44,097 nucleotides of DNA from Alphaproteobacteria bacterium (GCA_020249005.1 JADCGN010000005.1:1-44097), one strand, 5' to 3'; numbered from the stretch's first letter, positions 16,045-25,745 are shown. The notes: a model not told the origin generated them from the sequence alone. Made by a program: numbers and translations.

Positions 16045-16668
16045 TCAGGCGGCGCTGTCCAGCAGGGCGTTGAGCGCGGCGCTTAACTGGGCGGCGCCGG
16101 CCTTGGGGGGGAGGGCCGGGCCATAGCGCAAGGTGAAGCGGGCAAACGGCAGCGGCAGCCAAAACGTATCCCAACTGCGGAACGTAAGTTTGGGGTGTAC
16201 GGCCGTTAAGGCACAAGGAATCAGCGGCAGCCCGGTCAGACGCGCCAGCTCGGTGGCGCCGTTCTTGGCCACCCGGGCAGGTCCGCGCGGGCCATCGGGG
16301 GTTAAGAACAGGCTATGGCCTTGCTTGGCCAGCCGCACCAGTTCCCGTGCCCCGGCCACCCCTTGGCGGCTGCTGCTGCCCACGGCCGCCCCGATGCCGT
16401 ACCGCTTGGCCACTTGGCGGGTCAGGCGGCCGTCGGCGCTGGGGCTCATCAGGCCCACCAACGGGTGCGGACGGTTCGGCTTGGCCAGCAGCGGCACCGC
16501 AAAGATGTGCTGGTGCCACAGTGCCAGCAGCACCGGCCCCTGGCGCAGCGCAGAGGGGATGGGCCCCACCACGCGCACCCTGGCGGTGGCAAACACCAGC
16601 CGCCCGTAGGCGGCCAGGGTCCACGCGGCCAGGGCCAGCGTGAAGGGCGATTGCAGGCGCAGCCGCAT
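16045..16668 (-). CDS. DUF374-type lysophospholipid acyltransferase-like protein (commonly upstream of waaA)
   Basis: LALWHQHIF...SPSADGRL...GHSLFLTPDGPRGP matches my recollection of the DUF374 family. It sits immediately upstream of waaA. Confidence 0.75.
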   Translation of the reverse strand: MRLRLQSPFTLALAAWTLAAYGRLVFATARVRVVGPIPSALRQGPVLLALWHQHIFAVPLLAKPNRPHPLVGLMSPSADGRLTRQVAKRYGIGAAVGSSSRQGVAGARELVRLAKQGHSLFLTPDGPRGPARVAKNGATELARLTGLPLIPCALTAVHPKLTFRSWDTFWLPLPFARFTLRYGPALPPKAGAAQLSAALNALLDSAA

Positions 16669-16673
16669 CAGCC

Positions 16674-17288
16674 TTAGCAGCAGGCGGCGCGGCGGTCATG
16701 GCGCAGCAGCCAGCCGCCCAACAGGCCGGCCAGCGCGCCCAGCAGCACGGTGCCGGCCGCCCACAGGCCCACCACGTTCACCGGAATGGGCTGGCTGCCC
16801 AGCACGTTCAGCAGGCTCAAGGCCACCGGCAGCAGAATCAACGCCCCCAGCTTGGTGCCTTCCACCAGACCGCCGCAGCCGGTGTAGGCCAGGCGGAACA
16901 GCAGCGCGAACACCAGGGCCATGGAAACATCGGCCAGCAGGAAGTAGTGCGGCTGCATCGCCTCGGGCGCCAGCCACAGAGCCGCGGTGGCGGCGTAGGC
17001 TTGGGCCATCACAAGGCCGTGCCACGCCATGTTGAAGGCCACAAACAAGGCGGCAGTTTGCAACCACAGCAGTAGGGTACCTTTTTGTAGCAACAGCGCC
17101 ATGACGTGGCAGTTGCACCAGCAACCATACTTTTTGGCGTCAATCGGGCTGTGGCAGGGGCAAGCGGCCCCGGTTTCCAGCATGGGGGGCAGCGGGGTTT
17201 TGGCGCTGGCCTTGGCCGCTGGCTTGGCGGCTGCTTTGGGGGCAATTTTAGCCTTAGCCGCAGCTTTGGCAGGTTTACGGGGGGCCAT
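16674..17288 (-). CDS. Membrane protein with an Ala/Lys/Pro-rich N-terminal tail and a Cys/His cluster, unknown function
   Basis: ATG at 17288. The sequence is MAPRKPAKAAAKAKIAPKAAAKPAAKASAKTP, then CPCHSPIDAKKYGCWCNCH, then about five hydrophobic helices, ending in ...RRAACC. Confidence 0.55.
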   Translation of the reverse strand: MAPRKPAKAAAKAKIAPKAAAKPAAKASAKTPLPPMLETGAACPCHSPIDAKKYGCWCNCHVMALLLQKGTLLLWLQTAALFVAFNMAWHGLVMAQAYAATAALWLAPEAMQPHYFLLADVSMALVFALLFRLAYTGCGGLVEGTKLGALILLPVALSLLNVLGSQPIPVNVVGLWAAGTVLLGALAGLLGGWLLRHDRRAACC

Positions 17289-17320
17289 GATAACCAACTT
17301 TCCTTTGTTGTTTGAACAGC

Positions 17321-18031
17321 CTACCACCCATATCCCCAGGCGCCCAGGCATGCGCCATCGCGCAACACCGCTTCCCGCAGTGGGGTGTGGTAAGCGGGTA
17401 CCACTGGCAGGGTGCTGATGGCGCACGGTACCGCCAGATTGGGCCGCCAGCACGCCAACAGCCGTTTGGGCGGTCGGGCGGGATGGCTGGCCAAGGGGCG
17501 CAGCTGCAGCGTGCCGCCGTGGGGTGTGGCATAGTCGAGTAATTCGGCCTGCAGCGACGCATGCAGCACCACATAGGCCGCACCCCCGGGGGCGAGGGCC
17601 TGCCGGATGGCCTGTAGCCATGGGGCGAGTGCCGGCAACCCATGGGCCAAAGCCTTGGCGGGGTTGGGGCTATGGTGGCCCCGGCGGTGGGCATGGAAGG
17701 GCGGGTTGCTCACCACCACAGGGAAGGGGTGCGGGGCGCGCCAGGTCAAGGCATCGGCCTCAATCAGCCGGGCCGACACGTTGGCCCAAGCGGCATGGCA
17801 GCGGGCCTCGGCCACGCGCGCGGGCTGCAGCTCTACCCCCCAGAGCTGCAGCCCCGGCGTGCGGAGGGCCAGCACCAACCCCACCATGCCGCTGCCGCAG
17901 CCTACATCGAGCACCTGGCTGCCCGCTGCCAGGGGGGGCACGGCGGCGGCCAGCCAACGGGCGTCTTCGGTGGGGCGTGGCGCGGTGGCTAGCCACGGCA
18001 GGCGGCCGCCCAGCAAGGCAAGCGTGGTCAT
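17321..18031 (-). CDS. SAM-dependent N6-adenine-type methyltransferase (tRNA m6A37 TrmN6/YfiC-like)
   Basis: SAM-binding VLDVGCGSGMVGL and catalytic VVSNPPFH (NPPF/Y motif). Start is the ATG at 18031 or the GTG at 18037. Confidence 0.75.
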   Translation of the reverse strand: MTTLALLGGRLPWLATAPRPTEDARWLAAAVPPLAAGSQVLDVGCGSGMVGLVLALRTPGLQLWGVELQPARVAEARCHAAWANVSARLIEADALTWRAPHPFPVVVSNPPFHAHRRGHHSPNPAKALAHGLPALAPWLQAIRQALAPGGAAYVVLHASLQAELLDYATPHGGTLQLRPLASHPARPPKRLLACWRPNLAVPCAISTLPVVPAYHTPLREAVLRDGACLGAWGYGW

Positions 18032-18052
18032 CACCACCAGCCTATGCCAGCC

Positions 18053-21000
18053 TTAGCGTGGCGTGGCAACGGTGGGCGACGCGGTGGCGGTGGGCGAGGG
18101 GCTGGTGTCGCTCAGCGCTTTGGTACCGCGGTGAATGAACACCCCGGTGGGGCTGCTCGCCCGAGCGGTATCGACGGTGTCGGTGTCTGGTGCATCCGCC
18201 GCCGTTGCTTCGCTTGTTTCGGTCACAGTTGCCGCCACGGCAGCAGTGCGAGACACATTCAAGCTGTTGGTGGGGCTGGTCGCCGTGGCACTGCGGGGAG
18301 TGGTGGTGGCGCTGGTGGCCGCTTGTGTGGCTTGAGTTTCGGCTTGGCTGGCGGCGCGGGCGGCCTGCGCTTGCCGCGCGGCCTGAGCCGCCGCCAACAA
18401 TTCGGCCGCTGCGGAACTGTTCTGGCCTTGCCGCACGGCGCTGCGTTCCCGCAGGCTTTCTTGGGTCTGCAGGCCGCGAATGAGGGTGGCATAAGCCAAA
18501 CGTGGGCTGTGCAGATGGTGCGCGCCACAGGTAATCGGCCCACCCAAGGTTTGGCACTTCACCGCCGCCCGTACGGTCTGGCCGCTGGTGGGCAGGGGGT
18601 AGCTGAAGGTAAAGGCGCTGGTGAGCGTGGTGGGGTCAAATTCGCCGGTAAAGGAAATTGGGCTGCTGCGTGCCGGGTGTTGCAGGGTGCCCAGCAACGG
18701 GTATACATCGCCGCGGAAGCCGTAGTCGGCACTGGCGGGTTGGGTGGTGGGCGCGGTTTGCAGCATGAGGATGCTGCCTGGTGGTAGAATATGCGTGGCT
18801 TCGGCGGGTTGCGGGGTCAGGGTTTGTTCCAGCGGGGTAGTGAGCGCGTACTGCCCGTCTGGAATCAGCACGGCCGCCGGGTTGGCCAAAATGCGCGAGA
18901 GCCGCAACACCACGCCATCGCGCAAGTGGGCTTCCAGCAAAGTACCGGTGGGATTGGGTTTAAACTGTAGTTTGCCGAAGTTACCGTACACGCTGGCCAG
19001 GCTGGCGCCCCCTGGGGCCGCCGCCAGCACGGCGGGTGTCAACTCCAGCGTACGGGTCCCAAAGCTGAACGGCGCGGTCAAGGTCAGCCGCTGCAGGGTG
19101 GCGGGGGTGCTGGTCAGCGTGGCGGGGTTGGTGCTGGCCAAGGTACCCAGGCGGTTCAGGAAGGTGAGGCTGATCTCGCCCAAGGCACCGCCCTGCAGCC
19201 CCAGGGGGCTCACCACCAAGCTCGCCAACGGCGCTTCCGGCGCGGCCGACAGTGGCACATAGACCCCCGCCACCGCCGCCAACCGTTCATTCAGCTTATC
19301 AAAGACCGGCGCGGCCTGCTCCAGCCAGGCGGCTTCGGTCAATTGATTGAGGCTGCTGGCGGCCAAATCGGGTTGGTTGGCAGCGTCGGCATCCATCGCT
19401 TTCATCAGCGCGGCAAACTGCGGCCGAATCGCGCGAATCACGGTGCGCACCGGGGCGGTGGCGTTGTCCCACAAGGTGCGGCTTTCGGCCACGGTGGTGG
19501 CGCGGGCTAAGGCCGTTTCCAGCAACGGCGCCAGCGGCAGCGTGGGGTGCACCACGGCCAAGTTGCCGGCCAAGGCGCTTAAGCCGGCGGCGTCGAGGGT
19601 GCTATCCTGCTGGGCCGCCCCCACGATGGCGGCATTGAGCCAGTTGGCCAAGCCGGCTTGGTCGTCGGCCGGGAACAGCGGCAGCAAGCGGTGCATCGCG
19701 GTGGGTGGGCCGTACACCCCTTTGGCGCCAGCCACCAGGGTGTTGAGTTGGCCGCGTAATACCTCGGGCTGGGCGGCAAAGTAGTCGGTCATGAAGTCCC
19801 ACAAGGGGCCCAAGTCCAGCGCCACCGCCTCCCGCGGTTGCAGCAGCAGGGTGGGGCTGGTGGCATTCAGCTGGGCCGCCACACCGTTGGCGAGGTTGCT
19901 GGCAGTAAATTCCTCCAGCAGCAACGCGGCGAGATCCAGCGGCAAATCCAGCGTGGTGTTGATGAGGGTGCTGGTGCTCACCGCTTGGGTGAAATCGCCT
20001 TGGCGCAGATTGGTGCGGATCGTCTCCACCAGCAGCGGCACCACCAATTGGCGGTTGTTGGCGGCAGCCTGCGGCCGGGCCTGGGCCAATGCCAGCGTGG
20101 CGGTAATTTGCTTGGTGGTGGCGGCCTTCACCAACAGTGTGCTGGCCAATTTATCCAGCTGCACCTGCTGGACACTGGGCAAGCTGAGTTGGCTGGCCAA
20201 TTGCAGCAACGGGGCTGCCAATTCGGGGCGGTTCTGCAGCCGCTGTGCCGCCTGCAACAGGGCATTGCCCAATTGGCCGGTGCTGGGCCCGCTCAGGCGG
20301 CCGGTTTGGAACGGGGCAGCCAGTTCGGGCAGCGTGGTGTGGCTGGCGGCGGCCGCCACCAAGGCCGGCAGGTAAGCTTGCCAGAGGGCCGGTTGATTGG
20401 CATTCAGGCGGAGGCTGGTGCGTTGCAAGGCCAAGGCCAGCGGGCCGGCGTTGGCAGTCTCCCACCCTTGGGCCCAAACCTTTTGCCAGGCAGGCTGCGC
20501 GGCCAGTTGTGCCAGTTCTTGGGCCGCCGCTGCAGCCTGGGTGGGGTTGGCCAAGGGGCCTAAGGTGCCCGATGTTTCCAGCATTACCGGCAGCGCCGCC
20601 AAGGTTTCGGCCGTGGTGGCGCCCGCGGACTGCCGGAGTATGTGGGGCAGCAGCGCCAGCGCGCCGGGGGCGTCATACGCCAAAGTGGGTTTGGCGCGTA
20701 GTGCGGCCGCCATGCTGGCCCGGTCGTCGGTCGCACCGTTCAGCAACGCGCGCAACAGGGTGGCGCTGTAGCGCAGCCCGGTGGGAAGGGCGGCAGTTTG
20801 CGCCAACGCGGCCAACTGGGCGCTCGCGGCCTTGGCGTTGCCCTGACGCAACTGCTGCAACGCCGGTTGCCATAGGCTGCTGCGCTGCGCGGCTTGCAGC
20901 GCGGTGGGCAGGCTGGTCTGCAGTGCCAGCAACGCCGCCGGTTGGGTCGGCAGCGCCGCAAAGGCGGTGGTGGCGCTGGCCACCACCCCGTTGGCGCTGA

Positions 21001-21340
21001 TGACCCAGCGTGCCTCGGCCTCGCCCGCGGTGTAACTGTTAGGCGCGGCGGCCAACAGCGCCGCCACCGGTTGCAGCAAGGCCGGCACACTGGCCTGGGT
21101 GGCACAGTTACGCTGGGCGCAGGCTTGCAGCCGGGCATGCGCCGCCAGCAGTTGCAGCACGGGGTCGTTGGGCGTGCTGGCCAGTTGGCTCTCCAGTTCG
21201 TCCAACGCTGCCGCGGCCTCGCCCTGTTCAATTTGGCTTAACAGGTCTTTGGGGTCGGGGCTGCAGCCCGCCAAGGCCAAGCCAACCGCCACCAGCCCCA
21301 ACCAAGGGGCATAACGCAGCAGCGGGCGTAAAGTTGGCAT
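18053..21340 (-). CDS. Very large (about 1095 aa) Ala/Leu/Gln-rich lipoprotein with a Thr/Ala/Ser low-complexity C-terminus, unknown function
   Basis: ATG at 21340 (MPTLRPLLRYAPWLGLVAVGLALAGC, a lipobox). A single uninterrupted frame of 3.3 kb. No recognisable catalytic motif. Confidence 0.65.
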   Translation of the reverse strand: MPTLRPLLRYAPWLGLVAVGLALAGCSPDPKDLLSQIEQGEAAAALDELESQLASTPNDPVLQLLAAHARLQACAQRNCATQASVPALLQPVAALLAAAPNSYTAGEAEARWVISANGVVASATTAFAALPTQPAALLALQTSLPTALQAAQRSSLWQPALQQLRQGNAKAASAQLAALAQTAALPTGLRYSATLLRALLNGATDDRASMAAALRAKPTLAYDAPGALALLPHILRQSAGATTAETLAALPVMLETSGTLGPLANPTQAAAAAQELAQLAAQPAWQKVWAQGWETANAGPLALALQRTSLRLNANQPALWQAYLPALVAAAASHTTLPELAAPFQTGRLSGPSTGQLGNALLQAAQRLQNRPELAAPLLQLASQLSLPSVQQVQLDKLASTLLVKAATTKQITATLALAQARPQAAANNRQLVVPLLVETIRTNLRQGDFTQAVSTSTLINTTLDLPLDLAALLLEEFTASNLANGVAAQLNATSPTLLLQPREAVALDLGPLWDFMTDYFAAQPEVLRGQLNTLVAGAKGVYGPPTAMHRLLPLFPADDQAGLANWLNAAIVGAAQQDSTLDAAGLSALAGNLAVVHPTLPLAPLLETALARATTVAESRTLWDNATAPVRTVIRAIRPQFAALMKAMDADAANQPDLAASSLNQLTEAAWLEQAAPVFDKLNERLAAVAGVYVPLSAAPEAPLASLVVSPLGLQGGALGEISLTFLNRLGTLASTNPATLTSTPATLQRLTLTAPFSFGTRTLELTPAVLAAAPGGASLASVYGNFGKLQFKPNPTGTLLEAHLRDGVVLRLSRILANPAAVLIPDGQYALTTPLEQTLTPQPAEATHILPPGSILMLQTAPTTQPASADYGFRGDVYPLLGTLQHPARSSPISFTGEFDPTTLTSAFTFSYPLPTSGQTVRAAVKCQTLGGPITCGAHHLHSPRLAYATLIRGLQTQESLRERSAVRQGQNSSAAAELLAAAQAARQAQAARAASQAETQATQAATSATTTPRSATATSPTNSLNVSRTAAVAATVTETSEATAADAPDTDTVDTARASSPTGVFIHRGTKALSDTSPSPTATASPTVATPR

Positions 21341-21413
21341 AACAGAGGGCGCGTTTGGCTTTTTTCTTGCGCCCACTCTGGCAGGGGCGCATGCTCTTTG
21401 CTAGAGTCACTTC

Positions 21414-22136
21414 ATGAATCGCTTGGCTTTCCGTGTGCTGTTTGCCACGTTTGGGGGGCTGGCGTACCTGCCGGTGGCGCAAGCCTGGCAGCTCAGCCAA
21501 ACCGAAGTGTTGAACTACCGCGTGAAGTGGGGCCCTCTCACCATGGGTAAGGCCAGCTTGGCCTACAGCCCCACGCCCCAGGGGTATGCGTTGGAAGTAC
21601 GGCTGAAAGACAGCTCCTCGCTGCTGAACCTGCAAAGCCTCTACACTGTGCAGGGCCGCCATACGCCGCAAGCCTTCACCAGCAGCCGCTACCATGCGCG
21701 CCAGCAGGAAAACGACTACCGCGCCGATAAGGTGGTGGAATTTAACGGGAGCACCCGGCGTATCACCTACACCAACCACCTGGATGCCAACGACCAAGCC
21801 CCGCCCGTGGGGTGGGATGGTAAGCTGCGCGATGTGTTTAGCCAACTGTACGCCTTGCGCCGCCAGCCGCTCAGCGCCTACGGCAAGCCTCAGGAACTGC
21901 AAGTGATGGGCACCAAACGCCCCTTTGTGCTGCTGCAGGGTGCCGCCCAACCGTTGCCGCAAGCCAAGAATGAGCGCCCGCGTGCCCGCGTGACGCTGCG
22001 CAACCGCAAGGAAGACGGCAGCTTGGCCAAGGATGTGTGGCAGGTAACGCTGCGTGAGGAGGCCGACGGTACGCTCACGCCCGTGGTGGTGCAGGCCCAA
22101 ACCAAGTTCGGCACCTTTACCGCCACGCTGAAGTAG
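21414..22136 (+). CDS. DUF3108-like secreted protein
   Basis: Signal peptide, then YRVKWGPLTMGKASLAY and a beta-rich remainder that resembles the DUF3108 family as I recall it. It is divergent from the large lipoprotein gene. Confidence 0.6.
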   Translation: MNRLAFRVLFATFGGLAYLPVAQAWQLSQTEVLNYRVKWGPLTMGKASLAYSPTPQGYALEVRLKDSSSLLNLQSLYTVQGRHTPQAFTSSRYHARQQENDYRADKVVEFNGSTRRITYTNHLDANDQAPPVGWDGKLRDVFSQLYALRRQPLSAYGKPQELQVMGTKRPFVLLQGAAQPLPQAKNERPRARVTLRNRKEDGSLAKDVWQVTLREEADGTLTPVVVQAQTKFGTFTATLK

Positions 22137-22172
22137 TTCTCCAACCGTTCAACCAACGAGGTACTCCCCCCG

Positions 22173-22922
22173 ATGTCGACCCTGGTGTTGATTCCGAGCC
22201 GCTTGGCTTCCACCCGCTTCCCCAACAAGCCGCTGGCCGACTTGGGCGGCAAACCGATGGTGGTGCGGGTATACGAACAGGCGCTGAAGGCCAACTGCGG
22301 CGCGGTGTACGTGGCGGCCGGTGATGAGGGCATTGCCGCGGCCGTCCGCGCCGGCGGCGGGCAGGTGGTGATGACCGATGCGGGCCTGCCCAACGGCAGT
22401 GAGCGGATCTGGCAGGGCGTGCAGCGCCTGATGGCCCAAGGCGTGCCGCAGCCCGAATTCATCATCAATGCCCAGGGCGACGAACCGCTGTTGCCGCCCG
22501 AGCTCATCACCCAAGCCGTGGCGGCGCTGCAGGCCGACCCCAGCGTGGACGTGGTGACCTTTGCGCACGAAATCACCGATCCAAGCGATATCAATAACCC
22601 TACCAAGGTGAAGGTGGTGACAACGCGCACCGGCCGGGCCCTATATTTTAGCCGCCATGCCATCCCCTACGGCGCCGCCGAAGCCGGGCTGCCGCTGCTG
22701 CGCCACATCGGCTTTTACGGCTACCGTTACGCGGCCCTGAAGCGCTACATCGAAACCGGCGAAGGCAAGCTGGAAAATGTGGAAAAGCTGGAGCAGCTGC
22801 GTGGCCTGGAACTGGGCCTGCATTACCACATCATCACCACCCACCATGAACCGATTGGGGTAGACACCCCCGCCGACTTGGAAGCGGTGAAACGCCTGAT
22901 GGGGCTGCTGCAGGGGGCATGA
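22173..22922 (+). CDS. kdsB: 3-deoxy-manno-octulosonate cytidylyltransferase (CMP-Kdo synthetase)
   Basis: LVLIPSRLASTRFPNKPLADLGGKPMV and NAQGDEPLLPPE, typical of KdsB. Confidence 0.9.
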   Translation: MSTLVLIPSRLASTRFPNKPLADLGGKPMVVRVYEQALKANCGAVYVAAGDEGIAAAVRAGGGQVVMTDAGLPNGSERIWQGVQRLMAQGVPQPEFIINAQGDEPLLPPELITQAVAALQADPSVDVVTFAHEITDPSDINNPTKVKVVTTRTGRALYFSRHAIPYGAAEAGLPLLRHIGFYGYRYAALKRYIETGEGKLENVEKLEQLRGLELGLHYHIITTHHEPIGVDTPADLEAVKRLMGLLQGA

Positions 22923-23563
22923 CGGCGCCCCCCTACTGGCCCCAAGCGTGCGCCCACTTGGCGGGGCAGGATGCCGTGCTGGCACAGCTGATTGCGCAGT
23001 TCCCCGGCAGCGTGGTGAAGAGCCGCGGCGCGGCGTTGGAAACGCTGCAGCGCGCGATTGTGGGCCAGCAAATCAGCGTGAAGGCGGCCGATGCGGTCTG
23101 GCACCGCTGCGTGGCCTTGCTGGGGCACCCCAACGACCCCGCCGCCTGGCTGGCCCCAGCCGATGAAGGGCTGCGCGCCTGCGGCCTCAGCGGCCAGAAA
23201 GTGCGCTACGTGCGGGGCATCGCGCAGGCGTTTGCGGCCGGGCAACTGCATCCGCACCGCTGGCCCACTATGCCGGATACCGCCGTACTGACCGAGCTGG
23301 TGGCGCTGCCCGGGGTGGGGGTGTGGACGGCGGAGATGTTTTTAATGTTTCACCTCACCCGCCCCGATGTGCTGCCGCTGGGCGATTTGGGCCTGATCAA
23401 CGCCTTTAAAAAACACTATGGTGCGCAGTGGAAAACCCCCACCGATTTAAGGGGCTGGCAAGGCCGCCTCAGCCGCCATGCCGCCAAGCATTGGGTGCCC
23501 TACCGCAGCGTAGCCACCTGGTATCTGTGGCGCAGCCTCGACCCCCACGAAGTGGGGTATTAG
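22919..23563 (+). CDS. HhH-GPD DNA glycosylase (3-methyladenine DNA glycosylase II / AlkA-like)
   Basis: LQRAIVGQQISVKAADAVWHR, LVALPGVGVWTAEMFLMF (helix-hairpin-helix) and the downstream D in PLGDLGL. ATGA overlap with the kdsB stop. Confidence 0.8.
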   Translation: MTAPPYWPQACAHLAGQDAVLAQLIAQFPGSVVKSRGAALETLQRAIVGQQISVKAADAVWHRCVALLGHPNDPAAWLAPADEGLRACGLSGQKVRYVRGIAQAFAAGQLHPHRWPTMPDTAVLTELVALPGVGVWTAEMFLMFHLTRPDVLPLGDLGLINAFKKHYGAQWKTPTDLRGWQGRLSRHAAKHWVPYRSVATWYLWRSLDPHEVGY

Positions 23564-23619
23564 CCCAACCCGGGCCCCGCCGCTTGCCAAGCGGCCGCCA
23601 ACGCGGCAGCCTATGCGGG

Positions 23620-24588
23620 ATGAGATGCCCTTTGCTGTTCGCGCTCTGCAGTCTGGCCACCGTGGGGTGGGCCCAACCCCGCGACTTGGGCTGCGGCACC
23701 CCACAAACGGTGGTTTTCCCCAACAGTGTGAGTCAAACGTTAACGGTGTGGGCCACGCACGAAACACCGCGCTGGTGGCGCGGCCTGGCCAGCGACGCCA
23801 GCGGCCAAACCCTGGCCGCCACCGCGTTGGATGGCCCCTTGTTGCTGAGCCGCGACGCTGGCGCAACTTGGCAGGCCACTACCGGGCCCTATGGCGCGTG
23901 GATGGTGGCGATGAGCGCCAACGGCCGTCGCCTAGTGGCCGGCGTGAAGGGTGGCAATCTTTACCGCAGCACCGATGGCGGCACCACCTGGCAGGCGGTG
24001 GCCCAACCGTTGCCATGGTACGGCCTCAGCACCGATGCCACCGGCCAACGTTGGTTGGCCGCGGTGGCGGGGGGCCCGCTGTACCGCAGCACCGATGGCG
24101 GCAAGCGGTGGCAGCCGCTGCATGTGTCCAGCACGTGGTTTGCTACCGCCAGCAGCGCCAATGGCCGTACGCTGGTGGCCACCGAACGGCGCGGCTTCAT
24201 TCACCGCAGTACCGATGGCGGCCGCACCTGGCAGGTGATCAGCCCCCGCGGGCCCTGGCGCGGCGTGGCGGGAGATACCCAACTGAAACGGTTGATTGTG
24301 GGGGTCAATCCAGGGCATGTGCGGATCAGTGACGATGGGGGTAAAACCTGGCGCAAGGTGCTGCATCACGGCGCCTGGCGGACGGTGGCCAGCAGCGCCG
24401 ATGGTATGATGTTTGTGGCCGCCCAAGAAGGAGGCCACATCTACCGCAGCACCGATGGCGGCCTGACCTGGCAGGCTCAGGAAATGCCGCGCGGCTGGTT
24501 GCGCATCGCCACCAACGCAGTTGGAAATCGCTTATCAGCCATCAGCTTAGGCCCCAACGGCACTTTGCACACCACGCACTGCCGTTAG
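23620..24588 (+). CDS. Secreted BNR/Asp-box repeat beta-propeller protein
   Basis: ATG at 23620 (MRCPLLFALCSLATVGWAQP). Six Asp-box units (S/T-x-D-x-G-x-T-W): SRDAGATWQ, STDGGTTWQ, STDGGKRWQ, STDGGRTWQ, SDDGGKTWR and STDGGLTWQ, spaced exactly 40 aa apart. Confidence 0.75.
   Translation: MRCPLLFALCSLATVGWAQPRDLGCGTPQTVVFPNSVSQTLTVWATHETPRWWRGLASDASGQTLAATALDGPLLLSRDAGATWQATTGPYGAWMVAMSANGRRLVAGVKGGNLYRSTDGGTTWQAVAQPLPWYGLSTDATGQRWLAAVAGGPLYRSTDGGKRWQPLHVSSTWFATASSANGRTLVATERRGFIHRSTDGGRTWQVISPRGPWRGVAGDTQLKRLIVGVNPGHVRISDDGGKTWRKVLHHGAWRTVASSADGMMFVAAQEGGHIYRSTDGGLTWQAQEMPRGWLRIATNAVGNRLSAISLGPNGTLHTTHCR
23842..24462 (+). repeat. Six in-frame 120-nt periodic units (propeller blades) inside the BNR gene
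   Basis: The 21-mer TACCGCAGCACCGATGGCGGC is identical at 23962, 24082 and 24442. A close variant lies at 24202, and diverged units at about 23842 and 24322. Confidence 0.7.
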
Positions 24589-24707
24589 GGTGTGTGGCGT
24601 GCCGATCGGGCCCTTGCCCCCCGGGCTTGGGTGAGGAAATGTTGCACCGCACGATGCAATGTCAGGCTATCCCGGGCCAGGGCCGCATAGAAGGACTGGT
24701 GCCCCCC

Positions 24708-25730
24708 ATGTCCAAACCCTTCAACGCCTCAGCCCTGCTGGCCCCGGAAAATGCCGGGGCCGCCCCCACCTTGTTTGACCCCTACTTAACCGCGGGGCAG
24801 ACCTGGCAACTGAAGTCTCCCAACGACAACACCCCGCAATTGTGGCTGATTGGCCCCGATCAGGCCATCGAGCACCTCACCAAGTTGGCCCAGCAGTTCC
24901 AAACCCCTACGCCGGGCTGGAAGGCCCTGCTGTTGGCCCCGCCGGGCCTGCAGGTGGCCGAATGGGCCACACCCGACAAATTTGAGCTGCTCTACGGCCT
25001 ATTGCCCGATGTCCTGAAGGCCACCCATACCGCCACCTTTCATAGTTTTTGTTACCTGCTGCCCGACAACCGCGTGGCCGTGGTGGTGCACCACGCCAAC
25101 AGTGCCGACTTGGTACCGGTGGTGTACCGTTTGGCAGGGGTGTTGGTGGGGTCCGAGCAAGCCCCGCGCACCAATGTCACGCTGCTCGATTTGGGCCAGC
25201 ACCCCACCAAGCTGGCCGCCTGGCCATTGCAAGTGCAGGCAGCGTTAGCGTTGCGGGCGCACCAAAGCGAAGAACAACAAATCCAAGCGGTGCTGCAGCG
25301 CCTGCAAGCCAGCCTTACCCCGGCGGTGTTGGCCCCCGCCGTGGCACGCCGGGCCAAGCGCCGTAAGCCCGAAGTGATGATTGTGGAGGATGACCCCAGC
25401 ACGGCGCTGTTGCTGGAAATGTTATTGGACGGGCTCATCACCACAGTCAGCAGCGCCAACGCCGTGCAGGCGGCGCAGAATTACGAGATCCATGCTCCCG
25501 ACCTGGTGCTGCTGGACTTGGGCCTACCCGATGTGGGTGGCCTGGATTTGTTGCAAATCATCCGCCAGGCCGACCCCGCCGCCCGGGTGGTGATCCTCAC
25601 CGCCACCGCCACCAAGGCCAACTTGGAAGCCGCCCGCCAATTCGGCGCGGTGGGCTTTATGGCCAAGCCCTTCACCCGCACCAAGCTGCAGGAAACGCTG
25701 CAGCAGCACGGCCTATTGAAAAGCCGTTAA
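24708..25730 (+). CDS. Response regulator: C-terminal receiver domain with an unassigned N-terminal domain of about 220 aa
   Basis: ATG at 24708 preceded by GAAGGA. Receiver motifs VMIVEDDP, DLVLLDLGLPDVGG, VVILTA and MAKPF in the last roughly 120 aa. No DNA-binding or known output domain recognised. Confidence 0.75.
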   Translation: MSKPFNASALLAPENAGAAPTLFDPYLTAGQTWQLKSPNDNTPQLWLIGPDQAIEHLTKLAQQFQTPTPGWKALLLAPPGLQVAEWATPDKFELLYGLLPDVLKATHTATFHSFCYLLPDNRVAVVVHHANSADLVPVVYRLAGVLVGSEQAPRTNVTLLDLGQHPTKLAAWPLQVQAALALRAHQSEEQQIQAVLQRLQASLTPAVLAPAVARRAKRRKPEVMIVEDDPSTALLLEMLLDGLITTVSSANAVQAAQNYEIHAPDLVLLDLGLPDVGGLDLLQIIRQADPAARVVILTATATKANLEAARQFGAVGFMAKPFTRTKLQETLQQHGLLKSR

Positions 25731-25745
25731 CCAAGGAGCCCGCCG

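Noticed and set aside
23962-24462. An identical 21-mer, TACCGCAGCACCGATGGCGGC, recurs at 120-nt intervals and looks superficially array-like.
   Set aside because: The repeats are in frame inside one ORF and encode the Asp-box (YRSTDGG) of successive beta-propeller blades. The sequence between them is homologous too. This is a protein repeat, not a CRISPR array or other non-coding array.
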